Positions 29,294-39,591 of a stretch of DNA of 64,000 bases are shown piece by piece. A model generated the notes under the pieces. That model saw nothing but the letters and a program-made list of their open reading frames with translations, was not told the origin of the DNA and did no database searches. Made by a program: the position numbers and the translations under genes. Origin of the DNA: Nitrospirota bacterium. GTDB taxonomy: Bacteria; Nitrospirota; Thermodesulfovibrionia; Thermodesulfovibrionales; Dissulfurispiraceae. Position 1 is the first letter of the stretch. Every line of letters starts with the position of its first letter. The stretch lies in NCBI GenBank assembly GCA_963790025.1, contig CAWBMP010000005.1, positions 96,001 through 160,000 of the forward strand, given 5' to 3'.

Positions 29294-29353
29294 CCGTTTG
29301 CCGTGGGAAGAGGCGTTTGCAGGTAGTTAGTACACGGGCGAAAGGGGCTATCA

Positions 29354-29671
29354 ATGAAAACGCACGATGAAAAAGTTGGGACAATCGAGAAAGTATTGAA
29401 GTTGGCTTATCTTAGAAGGCAGCATTGTCCGGTGAAGTCTGAATGGGAAAAGAGGGTCATGTCTCACGTCCTTTATCTCAATACTACTCCATTTCAGGTC
29501 AGCATGTGGGATACCCCTATTTTATGGAAGGCCGCAGCAGCTGTCAGCATGAGTGCTCTGATTATTTTAGCTTACTCCTTCACTGCTAACATCGGTCCTG
29601 AGTATGAAGCGGCACGTATGTTCCTCGATGACCCGATGGGCATTATATCGACCCAACTGTTGTTCCCATGA
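29354..29671 (+). CDS. Hypothetical single-TM protein (anti-sigma-like topology)
   Basis: Cytoplasmic N-terminus (WEKRVM.HV), one TM helix, short tail; RBS AAGGGG. Confidence 0.55.
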   Translation: MKTHDEKVGTIEKVLKLAYLRRQHCPVKSEWEKRVMSHVLYLNTTPFQVSMWDTPILWKAAAAVSMSALIILAYSFTANIGPEYEAARMFLDDPMGIISTQLLFP

Positions 29672-29746
29672 TCAAAATGGCTGTGCGTGTCTTGACAAAT
29701 TCATAGTCAGTTTATAATAATGAAATGCTCATTGAGCGGGTCTGAT

Positions 29747-29846
29747 CTTTAACGAAAGGGCAAACCATTCGAAAGAATGGGACGCAAAGCCTACGACCTA
29801 AAGACTGAAAGCAGCAGTCGACGGTAGCGGGGTTGCCGATGAAAGG
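29747..29846 (+). ncRNA. c-di-GMP-I (GEMM-I) riboswitch
   Basis: CG-AAA-GGGCAAACCATTC-GAAA-GAATGG-GACGCAAAGCC-TACGACCTAAAG...ACGGTAGCGGGGTTGCCGAT: GNRA tetraloop, receptor and junction nucleotides match the consensus. Confidence 0.93.
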
Positions 29847-30084
29847 GATGTTTTCGTCTTTTCAGAGTATTCTCTTTAATCCCTTCATATGGCTGTCGCC
29901 AAAATTGTGCTCTTTATTGTCTGAGTAGAGTCATCGCCGGCGCTGACACCAAAAAGTCATGGACTTTTGGCGTCATTCAGGATGTTATCTCGCAGGCAGT
30001 GATTGTAGGCATCTTCTTGTTTTTTTTAGAAAATGCCGGTCGGCTACTAAGGGCTGAATATCATCTTACGGGGGGACCAGAGCT

Positions 30085-30357
30085 GTGACCAAGACTGAAT
30101 TGATAGAACAAATTTCTTTGCTGACGGGCTTGTCAAGACAGGCAGCGGGTAAGGTGCTTGCTGCGGCGCTGGAAGCAATTACCGCAGAAATGAAAAAGGG
30201 GCACAAGATAATTCTGCTCGACTTCGGGACGTTCTTCGTGTCAAAACGAATGGCACGGGTAGGACGCAATCCGAAAACCGGGAAAATTATGAAAATTCCC
30301 GCTGCCAGGGTTCCGAAGTTCACTGCCGTCAAGGGACTCAAAGAGGCGGTCAAGTAA
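30085..30357 (+). CDS. hup: HU family DNA-binding protein
   Basis: MTKTELI, FGTF, RVGRNPKTG, PKF..GLKEAVK. Confidence 0.92.
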   Translation: MTKTELIEQISLLTGLSRQAAGKVLAAALEAITAEMKKGHKIILLDFGTFFVSKRMARVGRNPKTGKIMKIPAARVPKFTAVKGLKEAVK

Positions 30358-30396
30358 GAGAGTATTATTATAACTATCTCTTTTTAAACCAGCTCT

Positions 30397-30427
30397 TATT
30401 GAAATATTTCACATATTCCCCTAATAT
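30397..30427 (+). promoter_or_regulatory. Rex-like operator overlapping a sigma70 promoter
   Basis: TATTGAAATATTTCACAT (30397-30414) resembles TTGTGAANNNNTTCACAA; TTGAAA-N17-TAATAT. Confidence 0.55.
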
Positions 30428-30464
30428 AGTATGAATGCCTTGTGTAATGATGAAAGGACGTCTA

Positions 30465-31826
30465 ATGTTGAACAGGAGCATGGCAGCATTCCTTGCTGCA
30501 GCCATTGCAGCCTTTTCCCTGCTTTTAAACACGCCCCTGAACGCTGATATATCGCAGAAGCCGAAAATAGCTGCGCCTTGTAAGCAGTGTCATAAACCTG
30601 ATGAGAACATTTTGCGCGGATTATTTTCGGGTGTATCGAACAGGGGCAATATAATCCGTATGAGGGTAGGTCACGCAGTGTGGCTTGTGAAATATAATGA
30701 TGATACAAAGCTGATCGGAGCTGAAAACTGGAGCAAAATACAGAAAGACAGAGAGATAGCTATAGCAATATCTCAAAAGGATGGAGAACTGTTCGCGGTC
30801 AGTGTAACACTTGAGCCGCTGGTGAAATTGCCTCCGGAAAAGCATGCCTCCGTAGGGGATGTTGCCAGGCTGGTTGCAATCGGCCCTGAAAAGGGAAATT
30901 TTCAAATTGTGGATTCCAGATCTTCCGTTCTATACAATGAAGGACACATTCCCTGGGCCATTTCTGTGCCCGAGCACGAATTTAATAAATTGGAGGGAAG
31001 GCTTTCCAAAGAAAAGGATAAGCTCCTCATTTTTTATTGTTCCAGTCCTGCATGCAGGCTGAGCCTGTTCTCGATGGGCAAGGCGGAAAAAATGGGATAT
31101 ACCAGGATGAAAAATTTTACGGATGGATTGTATGGATGGAAGAAGGCTGGTAATCTCGTCGTATCCTCTGTGCAGTATTACAAGGACTGCCTGGAAAAGG
31201 ATATGCCGGTTGTTCTGATTGATCTCAGACCGGTCGATGAGGCCAAAAAAGGCCATATTATTAATGCGGTGTCTATTCCCGGCAAGGACATCCCGAATTC
31301 GAGAGAGAGGTTCCCTTCGGATAAATCTGCTCCGATAATACTTTATGGTAACGATACAAAGGGTGCATCCGACGATTTTGTGAATGTCAGGGGATGGGGC
31401 TATATTAATGTCTCGGTGCTGGAAGGCGGCTTCGAAGAATGGAAACGCTTCGGCGGACTCGTCATCAACGGCGATGTTGCAACAAAGCTTGTTTATGTGC
31501 CGAAGCTAAGGACGGGCGAAATTTCTATCGAAGAATTTAAGCGGATAGCGGAAGCATTCCCGTCCGATAAGGTGCTTCTGGACGTGCGTGACCAGGATGA
31601 GGCCATGCAGGGGATGATCAAGGACGCCCTCAATATTCCTGTCGATGACATTAAAGGCAGGCTGACTGACATACCGAGAGATAAGGAGATCGTCACTTAT
31701 TCGGTCTCAGGAATAAGGGCCGAGGTCGCATATCACATTCTTAAAGAGGCCGGCTGCAAGGTGCGCTTTCTCAACGCAGTTATCAGAATCGAGAAGGACG
31801 GAAGATTCGTTATAACAAAAGAGTAG
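30465..31826 (+). CDS. Exported multi-rhodanese protein with a single CxxCH motif
   Basis: Signal peptide, CKQCH, three rhodanese repeats (DSR..GHIPWA..FYCSSPAC; DLR..GHIINA..LYG; DVR..GMIKDA..TYSVSGIRA). Confidence 0.85.
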   Translation: MLNRSMAAFLAAAIAAFSLLLNTPLNADISQKPKIAAPCKQCHKPDENILRGLFSGVSNRGNIIRMRVGHAVWLVKYNDDTKLIGAENWSKIQKDREIAIAISQKDGELFAVSVTLEPLVKLPPEKHASVGDVARLVAIGPEKGNFQIVDSRSSVLYNEGHIPWAISVPEHEFNKLEGRLSKEKDKLLIFYCSSPACRLSLFSMGKAEKMGYTRMKNFTDGLYGWKKAGNLVVSSVQYYKDCLEKDMPVVLIDLRPVDEAKKGHIINAVSIPGKDIPNSRERFPSDKSAPIILYGNDTKGASDDFVNVRGWGYINVSVLEGGFEEWKRFGGLVINGDVATKLVYVPKLRTGEISIEEFKRIAEAFPSDKVLLDVRDQDEAMQGMIKDALNIPVDDIKGRLTDIPRDKEIVTYSVSGIRAEVAYHILKEAGCKVRFLNAVIRIEKDGRFVITKE

Positions 31827-31834
31827 TAAAAAAA

Positions 31835-31981
31835 CAGTAGGGAGTCGGCAGTATGCAGTAACACCAAAAAAGAGCGAATTCCCGCCTACTCGGGAATTAC
31901 AGCTCTGCTACAAATCTATTTTTTTATTACGGCCTCCCCTTACTTTTCTTCTGTTTACTGCGTACTCCCTACTGCTTACTT
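31835..31981. repeat. Heptamer-repeat inverted element with an internal hairpin, between convergent genes
   Basis: cagtagg gagtcgg cagtatg cagtaac ... tttactg cgtactc cctactg cttactt; internal aattcccg/cgggaatt stem at 31877-31898. Confidence 0.75.
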
Positions 31982-32524
31982 TCTTTTATACAATCCTATG
32001 ATTTGTGTTTGTGAAATTACATGTCCTTTCATGGCTTTTTCAAGATCAGGCTTCTTTGCGCCGGCAGGCAGGTTCAATGTAGTATCGAGGGCGTAAAGCT
32101 TGAAAAAGTAACGATGGGTGCCGGATGGCGGACAGGGACCGCCATAGGATTGTTTCCTGAAGTCGTTCAGTCCGGTCTCTGCGCCTTTCGGTGTGTCGTT
32201 TTCTTTTATCTCTTTAATGTTGGGGGCGATGTTCCAGACAACCCAATGGACCCATGTGCCCATCGGCGCGTCGGGATCATCGACAATCAAAGCCAGGGAT
32301 TTGGTCCCCGGCGGGACATTCCCTATGACCAACTGTGGATTTATATCGCTTCCGTCACAGGTATATTTTGATGGGATAGACCCGTTATTCTGAAAGACGG
32401 CACTCGACAGTTTAAATTCGCTCATCGTCGCTCCCTCCTTGCTCAAAGTGATCGATACGAAAAAAATCACAACAGCAATTGCGAACCAAACGGGTGTTAG
32501 AATTATTTTCGTTTTTTTTATCAC
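31976..32524 (-). CDS. YbhB/YbcL (PEBP/RKIP-like) protein
   Basis: YTCDG, DDPDAP..WVHW, GPCPPSGTHRY.F; GTG 32524 with signal peptide, internal ATG 32425. Confidence 0.92.
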   Translation of the reverse strand: MIKKTKIILTPVWFAIAVVIFFVSITLSKEGATMSEFKLSSAVFQNNGSIPSKYTCDGSDINPQLVIGNVPPGTKSLALIVDDPDAPMGTWVHWVVWNIAPNIKEIKENDTPKGAETGLNDFRKQSYGGPCPPSGTHRYFFKLYALDTTLNLPAGAKKPDLEKAMKGHVISQTQIIGLYKRK

Positions 32525-32610
32525 ACCATTACCTCCAGCACAGCGCATCCTGCAACACCGATGGCTCTTTTTCCAGGGCGTTTGTTTTTATTAGAATAAT
32601 AAATTAATCT

Positions 32611-33816
32611 TCATCTATTTGCAATCCCTTTGACGGGAACAATATCTCCGACTCCATAGTGGAAGGCAGAGGCAGCAATCAGCACCACAAGTGATGCAGC
32701 GATAAAAGAGCCGGCAAAACCGAGATAGGCAGCTATAAATCCCGATATCAGAGGGCCGGTCGTATGCCCTGTATCCATAATCGAACCTAAAATTCCCATG
32801 GCCAAGCCCCGGTTTTTATAAGTGCTCAAATCCGCAATGAAAGAAGACGTTGCGGAGGTGACGACCGAGAGGCTGAAGCCGAACAGTATGCTAAGTGCAA
32901 GCATGCCGGTAAAGGACGCGGCGAAAGAAAAAGCAGCGATACACCCGGCGCCGATAATAGCGCCTGAAATTATTTGGGGCTTCCTGCCGTGTCTATCCGA
33001 AAACTTTCCCATCAACGGTTTTGTGAGCGCAAGTGTGATGATCTGGGAGGACAGAAATATACCGACATGATAGGCGCTCAGGCCTTTCTTGATGGCATAG
33101 AGCGGCAGAAAGGTCTCGAATGTTCCGTATGCAAAAAGAATGGCCGCCTCAACGAGAGCGGTCAGGATAATGGGTCTGCGCGACAGTACTGATCTGAAGG
33201 CACGAAATGATTCATGCCACTCTTTGCCGGTCCCGTGTTTTTTTTCCTGCACCGGAAGCTTAATGCCGGGGACGATAAGCAGCGATGCCATACCCGCCAG
33301 ACCGCAAACAAGGTAGACTGTCTTGTAACTTGTCTGGGGATTGTAAGCCATCAGTCCGATAATGCCGCCTCCTGAAAGAGGCGCTGCAAAGCGGCCCAAA
33401 AGCGTTGCCGAGGAAAACCATCCTATCTTTTCTCCCCGCCCGTGGTGAAAAAGATCGGAGACTGAGGCCATTGCGACGGGTACGAATATGGCTGTGGCCA
33501 GACCGTGATAAAATCTTACAAATGCCAGCTGCCATATGTTTGTTACGCATAAATAGAGAAATGGCGCCGTGGCAAATACGGCGGCTGAAGTAACCAGCAT
33601 TTGTTTTCTTCCCCACCGGTCGGATAGTATCCCCGCCGGTATACTTACTATGATCCCGGTAAGGGCCGACACTGCGGCAACCAAGCCCACACCTGAAGGA
33701 CCTGCGCCCAGGTAAGTGGAAAAAAGCGGCAACACGGGGCTTTTTGAAATGGTGGAGCTAAAAATTGCAAAAAAACCCGTGATGCAGATAAGTACGAATG
33801 GACCCGGTCTAAACAT
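32611..33816 (-). CDS. MFS transporter
   Basis: ~12 TM helices, GILSDRWGRK and GKFSDRHGRK loop motifs. Confidence 0.9.
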   Translation of the reverse strand: MFRPGPFVLICITGFFAIFSSTISKSPVLPLFSTYLGAGPSGVGLVAAVSALTGIIVSIPAGILSDRWGRKQMLVTSAAVFATAPFLYLCVTNIWQLAFVRFYHGLATAIFVPVAMASVSDLFHHGRGEKIGWFSSATLLGRFAAPLSGGGIIGLMAYNPQTSYKTVYLVCGLAGMASLLIVPGIKLPVQEKKHGTGKEWHESFRAFRSVLSRRPIILTALVEAAILFAYGTFETFLPLYAIKKGLSAYHVGIFLSSQIITLALTKPLMGKFSDRHGRKPQIISGAIIGAGCIAAFSFAASFTGMLALSILFGFSLSVVTSATSSFIADLSTYKNRGLAMGILGSIMDTGHTTGPLISGFIAAYLGFAGSFIAASLVVLIAASAFHYGVGDIVPVKGIANR

Positions 33817-34008
33817 GCTGATGCTGACCTCCTGTCTGTTCCATGCGATGTTCATACATAATAGTGCAATCTATGGCTAAAATCCATTATCTCCGACAGC
33901 CCTTTCTGTTGTATAATAAACATTGAAGCGTAGACTAAAGTACGGTATATATATGCTTCCCTCAGAGCCTGCGACCTTTGGGGGAGCCGCATAAGCAGGA
34001 GGGTCAAG

Positions 34009-34854
34009 ATGAACGGGTTGAAAACAATGGTTTTGATGGTGACACTCACCTTGTTGCTTGTTGCTATCGGGGGGATGCTGGGCGGAAGGACTGGGATGAC
34101 CTTCGCGCTTATCATGGCCTTTGGTATGAATTTCATAAGTTACTGGTTCAGTGATAAGATTGTGCTGAGGATGTACCGTGCCAAAGAGGTTAGCGCTTCT
34201 GAAGCGCCTGAACTTTATGAGATAGTAAGAAGACTCGCCAACAGGGCGGAGCTTCCAATGCCCAAAGTATACATGATAGACGAGGACCAGCCAAATGCAT
34301 TTGCAACTGGACGGAACCCGGCCCATGGTGCGGTTGCGGTCACAAGAGGTATTATGCGGATTCTTTCTAAGGAAGAGCTTGAAGGTGTTCTGGCACATGA
34401 AATGTCTCATATAAAACACAGGGATATACTGGTAAGTACAGTTGCCGCTGCTATTGCCGGCGCTATCAGCTACCTTGCACAAATGGCGCAGTGGGCCATG
34501 ATCTTCGGCGGCGGGCGCGACGATGACGACAGGGGCAATCCGATTGCAGCCATAGTGATGATGATCGTCGGACCGATAGCTGCAATGCTGGTACAGATGG
34601 CGATATCCCGCTCCAGGGAATATGGGGCCGATGAAGGCGGGGCAAGGCTCACGGGAAACCCCCGGTATCTTGCCGGCGCGCTCAGGAAGCTTCAGGCCGC
34701 TTCACAACGGATACCCATGGATGCCAACCCTGCGACATCACACATGTTTATTGTTAACCCCCTTACGGGTGGGGGTCTCGTTAAGCTTTTCAGCACGCAT
34801 CCCCCGATAGAGGAAAGGATTGCGCGGCTTGAATCGATGTCGAAGGGAAGATAA
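34009..34854 (+). CDS. htpX: Zinc metalloprotease HtpX
   Basis: PNAFATG, HEMSH, SRSREY.AD, STHPP..ERI. Confidence 0.95.
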   Translation: MNGLKTMVLMVTLTLLLVAIGGMLGGRTGMTFALIMAFGMNFISYWFSDKIVLRMYRAKEVSASEAPELYEIVRRLANRAELPMPKVYMIDEDQPNAFATGRNPAHGAVAVTRGIMRILSKEELEGVLAHEMSHIKHRDILVSTVAAAIAGAISYLAQMAQWAMIFGGGRDDDDRGNPIAAIVMMIVGPIAAMLVQMAISRSREYGADEGGARLTGNPRYLAGALRKLQAASQRIPMDANPATSHMFIVNPLTGGGLVKLFSTHPPIEERIARLESMSKGR

Positions 34855-35351
34855 TGAAGCCTATGAAGAAACCATTAATTGGGATCCTGGTCGGAAGTGA
34901 AAGCGACCTTCCTGTTATGGAGCAGACAGCGAGGGTGCTGAAAGAGTTTGGCATCCCTTATGAAATGCGTATAAGTTCTGCTCACCGTCTGCCTGACCAG
35001 ACGGCTGATTATGCTAAGCGGGCCAGGGAACGCGGCATCGAAGTACTGATTGCCGGGGCCGGAATGGCAGCGCATCTTGCAGGAGCGCTGGCGTCCAATA
35101 CCACACTGCCGGTGATCGGCGTTCCTCTGGCGTCAGGTCCGATGGGCGGCCTGGATGCCCTGTGTGCCACGGTACAGATGCCTCCCGGGATTCCTGTGGC
35201 AACTGTAGCGATAGACGGCGCAAGGAATGCTGCATTCCTTGCGTGCTCGATACTCTCAGTTAAATATCCCGACCTGTCCGAGAAACTGGAACAATACCGC
35301 AAAAAGACAAGAAAGAGTCTCCTAAGCGCAGGCAAAAGACTCAAAGGCTGA
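34854..35351 (+). CDS. purE: N5-CAIR mutase
   Basis: [32 protein letters not shown]. Confidence 0.95.
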   Translation: MKPMKKPLIGILVGSESDLPVMEQTARVLKEFGIPYEMRISSAHRLPDQTADYAKRARERGIEVLIAGAGMAAHLAGALASNTTLPVIGVPLASGPMGGLDALCATVQMPPGIPVATVAIDGARNAAFLACSILSVKYPDLSEKLEQYRKKTRKSLLSAGKRLKG

Positions 35352-35400
35352 GCCTTGGCCTATCGCCTTTAGCCCGTGCTTATTTTTTTTGGAGGAAGAT

Positions 35401-36279
35401 ATGGCAGAAGTTATTATGAAAACAGATTTCAATGATGTTAAACTGCTCCGGCGCGGCAAGGTGCGCGATGTGTACGAGATAGATGCTTATCTTTTGATTA
35501 TAGCCACGGACCGGGTTTCGGCATTTGATGTGGTATTGCCCAACGGCATATCGGAAAAAGGCAAGTTGCTTACCAGGATATCTCTTTACTGGTTCAAACA
35601 GATGTCGGACCTCATCGAAAACCATATCGTTGCAACTGAAGTGAGTGATTATCCCAGCGTACTCCATAAATACGCTGATGTTCTTGAGGGCAGAAGCATG
35701 CTGGTGAGGAAGGCACAGCCGGTACCCATCGAATGCATTGTGAGGGGGTATCTTTCGGGTTCGGGATGGGGTGAATACAAGGAGAGCGGTATGGTATGCG
35801 GCATCGGGTTGCCGTCAGGCCTTCTGGAGTCAGCGCGGCTCGATGATCCCATATTTACGCCGAGCACTAAAGCTGAAGAGGGGCACGACATTAATATAAG
35901 CTTTGATGAAATGAAGAGGATAGTGGACGGGCCCCTTGCTGAACAGCTCAGGCAAGCCAGCCTCGCCGTATACGGCAGGGCAAGGGAACTGGCCGAGAGC
36001 AGGGGCATAATCATAGCCGACACCAAAATGGAATTCGGAATTTGCGCCGGCAAACTGATTCTTATAGATGAGTTGCTTACCCCTGATTCGTCCCGCTTCT
36101 GGTCAGCGAAGGAATACAAGCCGGGCAGGGGGCAGGACAGTTTCGATAAGCAGATAGTGAGGGATTATCTTCTCACGCTGGACTGGAACAAGACATATCC
36201 TGGACCCACACTCCCGGATGATATAATCCGGAAAACAGCAGACCGGTACAGGGAAATCACGGAAATACTGACGAAATAA
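35401..36279 (+). CDS. purC: SAICAR synthase
   Basis: RGKVRDVY, TDRVSAFD, FTPSTKA, DTKMEFG, TPDSSRFW. Confidence 0.96.
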   Translation: MAEVIMKTDFNDVKLLRRGKVRDVYEIDAYLLIIATDRVSAFDVVLPNGISEKGKLLTRISLYWFKQMSDLIENHIVATEVSDYPSVLHKYADVLEGRSMLVRKAQPVPIECIVRGYLSGSGWGEYKESGMVCGIGLPSGLLESARLDDPIFTPSTKAEEGHDINISFDEMKRIVDGPLAEQLRQASLAVYGRARELAESRGIIIADTKMEFGICAGKLILIDELLTPDSSRFWSAKEYKPGRGQDSFDKQIVRDYLLTLDWNKTYPGPTLPDDIIRKTADRYREITEILTK

Positions 36280-36369
36280 GAGTTGTCAATATCTTCTGCC
36301 CTTTTTCATATTTTCCGGTTATTCAGCAGATTTACGTCAAAAATTAGTCATAGTGGTTTTGGTATAATT

Positions 36370-37134
36370 ATGGATAATCTTCAAAAATTATTGGATATAA
36401 TGGAAAGGCTTCGCGCTAAGAACGGCTGCCCATGGGATAGGGAACAGACGAAGGAGTCTCTTACACCATATCTTGTGGAAGAGGCCTACGAGGTCATTGA
36501 GGCAATTGCGGAAAATTCTCCTGAGAAAATAAAAGAGGAACTCGGCGATCTTCTTTTTCAAATTGTTTTCCACTGCCAGCTGGCGAAAGAGCAGGGTGAA
36601 TTCAGCATTGAAGACGTGATTGATGCGATTAGTGAAAAATTAACGAGAAGACACCCGCACGTTTTCGGCGATGCCAGGTTTGAGACGTCGGAACAGGTGC
36701 TGAAGCAGTGGGAGGACCGGAAGAAAGAGGAGGGCAAGAACAGGGAATCAATTCTCGAAGGCGTCCCGAAAGAACTCCCCTCTCTTCTCAGGGCGCACAG
36801 GATACAGTCGAGGGCGGCCCGTGTTGGATTTGACTGGAACAGCGTCGAGGGTGTCATGGATAAACTGGACGAAGAACTGTCCGAATTCAGAGATGCCCTT
36901 GAGAAGAAAGACCCGGCAGCGATTGAAGACGAACTTGGTGATGTTTTCTTCGTTCTTGTAAACCTTTCCCGTTTTGTTCGCGTCAATCCCGAAGATGCCC
37001 TGAGGAAGACGATCATGAAATTCATAACCCGTTTTCGCTTTATGGAAATGAAGGCCGCTGGGACCCACCGGAAGCTTGCGGACATGACACCGGAAGAACT
37101 GGATGAACTGTGGGAAGAAGCAAAGAAAGGGTAG
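36370..37134 (+). CDS. mazG: Nucleoside triphosphate pyrophosphohydrolase MazG
   Basis: [34 protein letters not shown]. Confidence 0.95.
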   Translation: MDNLQKLLDIMERLRAKNGCPWDREQTKESLTPYLVEEAYEVIEAIAENSPEKIKEELGDLLFQIVFHCQLAKEQGEFSIEDVIDAISEKLTRRHPHVFGDARFETSEQVLKQWEDRKKEEGKNRESILEGVPKELPSLLRAHRIQSRAARVGFDWNSVEGVMDKLDEELSEFRDALEKKDPAAIEDELGDVFFVLVNLSRFVRVNPEDALRKTIMKFITRFRFMEMKAAGTHRKLADMTPEELDELWEEAKKG

Positions 37135-37232
37135 ACATTTTGGATGCAATATGGTATAAATTTCGTATTGCGACGGATTGTGTCGTAATTGAGCAATTCC
37201 CGGAAACAGGAAAAAAGGAGGATTTGGCAGTC

Positions 37233-37436
37233 ATGGCTTTTGAAGGTAAGGTTAAGTGGTTCAATGAGTCAAAGGGTTTTGGTTTTATCCAACAGGATAA
37301 CGGTTCGGATGTCTTTGTTCACTTTTCTTCTATTAAGAGCGAGGGATTCAAGACATTGGCCGAAGGTCAAAGAGTGCAGTTTGATATTGAAGAGGGAGAT
37401 CGCGGACCAAAGGCCGTAAACGTTATAAAAATCTGA
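37233..37436 (+). CDS. Cold-shock domain protein
   Basis: GKVKWFN..KGFGFI, DVFVHFS; RBS AAGGAGG; TAGACA-N17-TATAAA promoter candidate at 37132-37160. Confidence 0.95.
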   Translation: MAFEGKVKWFNESKGFGFIQQDNGSDVFVHFSSIKSEGFKTLAEGQRVQFDIEEGDRGPKAVNVIKI

Positions 37437-37544
37437 CACATCGAGGGCCTGACAAAGGCTATTTTTATTTTTCTTCAAATTGCCCATCCTTGCTGTAAAG
37501 CAACCGGTTGTGCCATATAAGGCTTGTTGTGTAAAGAGTAAACT

Positions 37545-38399
37545 ATGCGCTTACCCGACTGGATTAAAACAACTGCGGCTGATTTACATTATACAAAGGA
37601 CCTTTTGAGGAGCCACCGTCTCACGACTGTTTGTGAAGAGGCCCGGTGTCCAAATAAAGGGGTCTGTTTTTCAAAACCGACAGCCGCCTTTATGATAATG
37701 GGTGACTGCTGTACTAGAAATTGCGCTTTCTGTTCTGTCAAGCCTGGCGTCCCCGAAGAACTCGATGCTGCTGAACCGGAAAGGGTTGCAGAAGCTGCGC
37801 TTGAATTTGGCTTGCGCTATGTGGTTGTTACTTCGGTGACAAGGGATGACCTGCAGGACGGGGGGGCCTCGCATTTTGCGGCAACGATCACGGCGTTAAA
37901 AAACGCTCTGCCGGATGCAAAGATAGAGGTACTGACCCCCGACTTCCGTGGGGACGCGGCTGCTCTGGAAACAGTATTGGATGCATGCCCGGACGTATTC
38001 AACCATAATATTGAAACGGTTAAAAGACTCTATTCCACTGTCCGGCCCCAGGCTGATTACCGGCGCTCACTCGAGGTACATAGAATTGCCAGGGCCATGA
38101 GGGCCGATATAAAGACAAAATCCGGCCTGATGGTAGGGCTCGGTGAAACGGTCGATGAGGTGAAGGAAGTGATCAGAGATATCAGGACATCCGGTTGCGA
38201 CTTTTTGACGGTGGGCCAATATCTAAGGCCTGCAAAAAAAAATCTTCCTGTTGTAGAATACATACATCCTGAAGTTTTTGATGAGCTGAAAGCATATGCT
38301 CTTGGCCTTGGTTTTGAATTTGTCGCTTCCGGTCCGCTTGTGCGGAGCTCGATGAATGCGGAGGAAATGTTTACAGGCGCCGGGCGCCTGACGAAATAA
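37545..38399 (+). CDS. lipA: Lipoyl synthase
   Basis: [12 protein letters not shown] and CTRNCAFC motifs, VTRDD, NHNIET, GPLVRSS. Confidence 0.95.
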   Translation: MRLPDWIKTTAADLHYTKDLLRSHRLTTVCEEARCPNKGVCFSKPTAAFMIMGDCCTRNCAFCSVKPGVPEELDAAEPERVAEAALEFGLRYVVVTSVTRDDLQDGGASHFAATITALKNALPDAKIEVLTPDFRGDAAALETVLDACPDVFNHNIETVKRLYSTVRPQADYRRSLEVHRIARAMRADIKTKSGLMVGLGETVDEVKEVIRDIRTSGCDFLTVGQYLRPAKKNLPVVEYIHPEVFDELKAYALGLGFEFVASGPLVRSSMNAEEMFTGAGRLTK

Positions 38400-38410
38400 G
38401 GAGGTTTTTA

Positions 38411-39589
38411 GTGTTTGAGTTTAACAGGATCAAGAGACTGCCGCCCTATGTGTTTGCAATAGTAAACGCATTAAAAATGGATTATAGGAGAAAGGGTGAA
38501 GATATTATCGATCTTGGCATGGGCAACCCTGACCTGCCGACTCCGAAACATATCGTTGAAAAGCTCTGTGAGGCCGCTCATAATCCCAAAAACCACCGCT
38601 ATTCCGCTTCAAAAGGAATAACACAGCTCAGAATGGCGATTTCCGAATGGTACAAAAGAAGGTTTGATGTCGACATCGATCCGGAATCCGAGGCGGTGGT
38701 CTCTATAGGCTCAAAGGAAGGGCTCTCACATTTGACGCTCGCCTCTATTCAACCGGGAGATGTGGTGATGACGCCGACCCCTGCCTATCCCATTCACCCC
38801 TACGGTATTGTTATTGCCGGCGGTGAAGTAACCGGTGTGCCCATAGGCCCCCATATAGATTTTTTTGACGAACTGGATAAGGCCCTTAAGAAGACATGGC
38901 CGCGACCAAAGATGCTCATTCTCAATTTCCCTCATAATCCCACTACTACTGTTGTCGAGGGGCTCGATTTTTTTACAAAGATTGTGGGCTTTGCCCGTGA
39001 GAACAACATTATGGTCATTCAGGATTTTGCCTATGCAGACCTTACCTTTGATGATTACAAGGCGCCGAGCATTCTCCAGGTCCCGGATGCCAAGGATGTG
39101 GCGGTTGAGTTCTTTTCCCTTACCAAGAGTTATTCAATGGCTGGATGGAGGGTCGGCTTTTGCGTCGGCAACAAGGAAATGGTCGGAGCGCTGATAAAAA
39201 TCAAGAGCTATCTCGATTACGGGATGTTTCAGCCCATTCAGATAGCAAGCATTGTAGCGCTTCGGGGGCCCCAGGACTGCGTTGAGGAGATGCGGAAGAC
39301 CTATCAGGCCCGCAGGAATGTCCTGATAAAGGGATTGAATAATGCGGGATGGAAAATCGACTCTCCGAAGGCAACCATGTTTGTATGGGCCGAGATCCCG
39401 GAGCAATTCAAAAAAATGGGATCGCTCGAATTCTGCAAATATCTCATAACGGAGGCCAAGGTTGCCGTGTCACCGGGTATCGGCTTCGGAGAGGGCGGCG
39501 ATGACTATGTCAGGTTTGCGCTCGTAGAGAACGAGCATAGAATACGGCAGGCCGTTGCCGGCATAAAAAAGGTGCTCGGCAGGGGATAA
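38411..39589 (+). CDS. alaC: PLP class I/II aminotransferase, AlaC-like
   Basis: [48 protein letters not shown]. Confidence 0.8.
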   Translation: MFEFNRIKRLPPYVFAIVNALKMDYRRKGEDIIDLGMGNPDLPTPKHIVEKLCEAAHNPKNHRYSASKGITQLRMAISEWYKRRFDVDIDPESEAVVSIGSKEGLSHLTLASIQPGDVVMTPTPAYPIHPYGIVIAGGEVTGVPIGPHIDFFDELDKALKKTWPRPKMLILNFPHNPTTTVVEGLDFFTKIVGFARENNIMVIQDFAYADLTFDDYKAPSILQVPDAKDVAVEFFSLTKSYSMAGWRVGFCVGNKEMVGALIKIKSYLDYGMFQPIQIASIVALRGPQDCVEEMRKTYQARRNVLIKGLNNAGWKIDSPKATMFVWAEIPEQFKKMGSLEFCKYLITEAKVAVSPGIGFGEGGDDYVRFALVENEHRIRQAVAGIKKVLGRG

Positions 39590-39591
39590 GA

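Noticed and set aside
29747..29846. cGAMP-specific (GEMM-Ib) assignment for the riboswitch
   Set aside because: The discriminating position appears to be G, not A.
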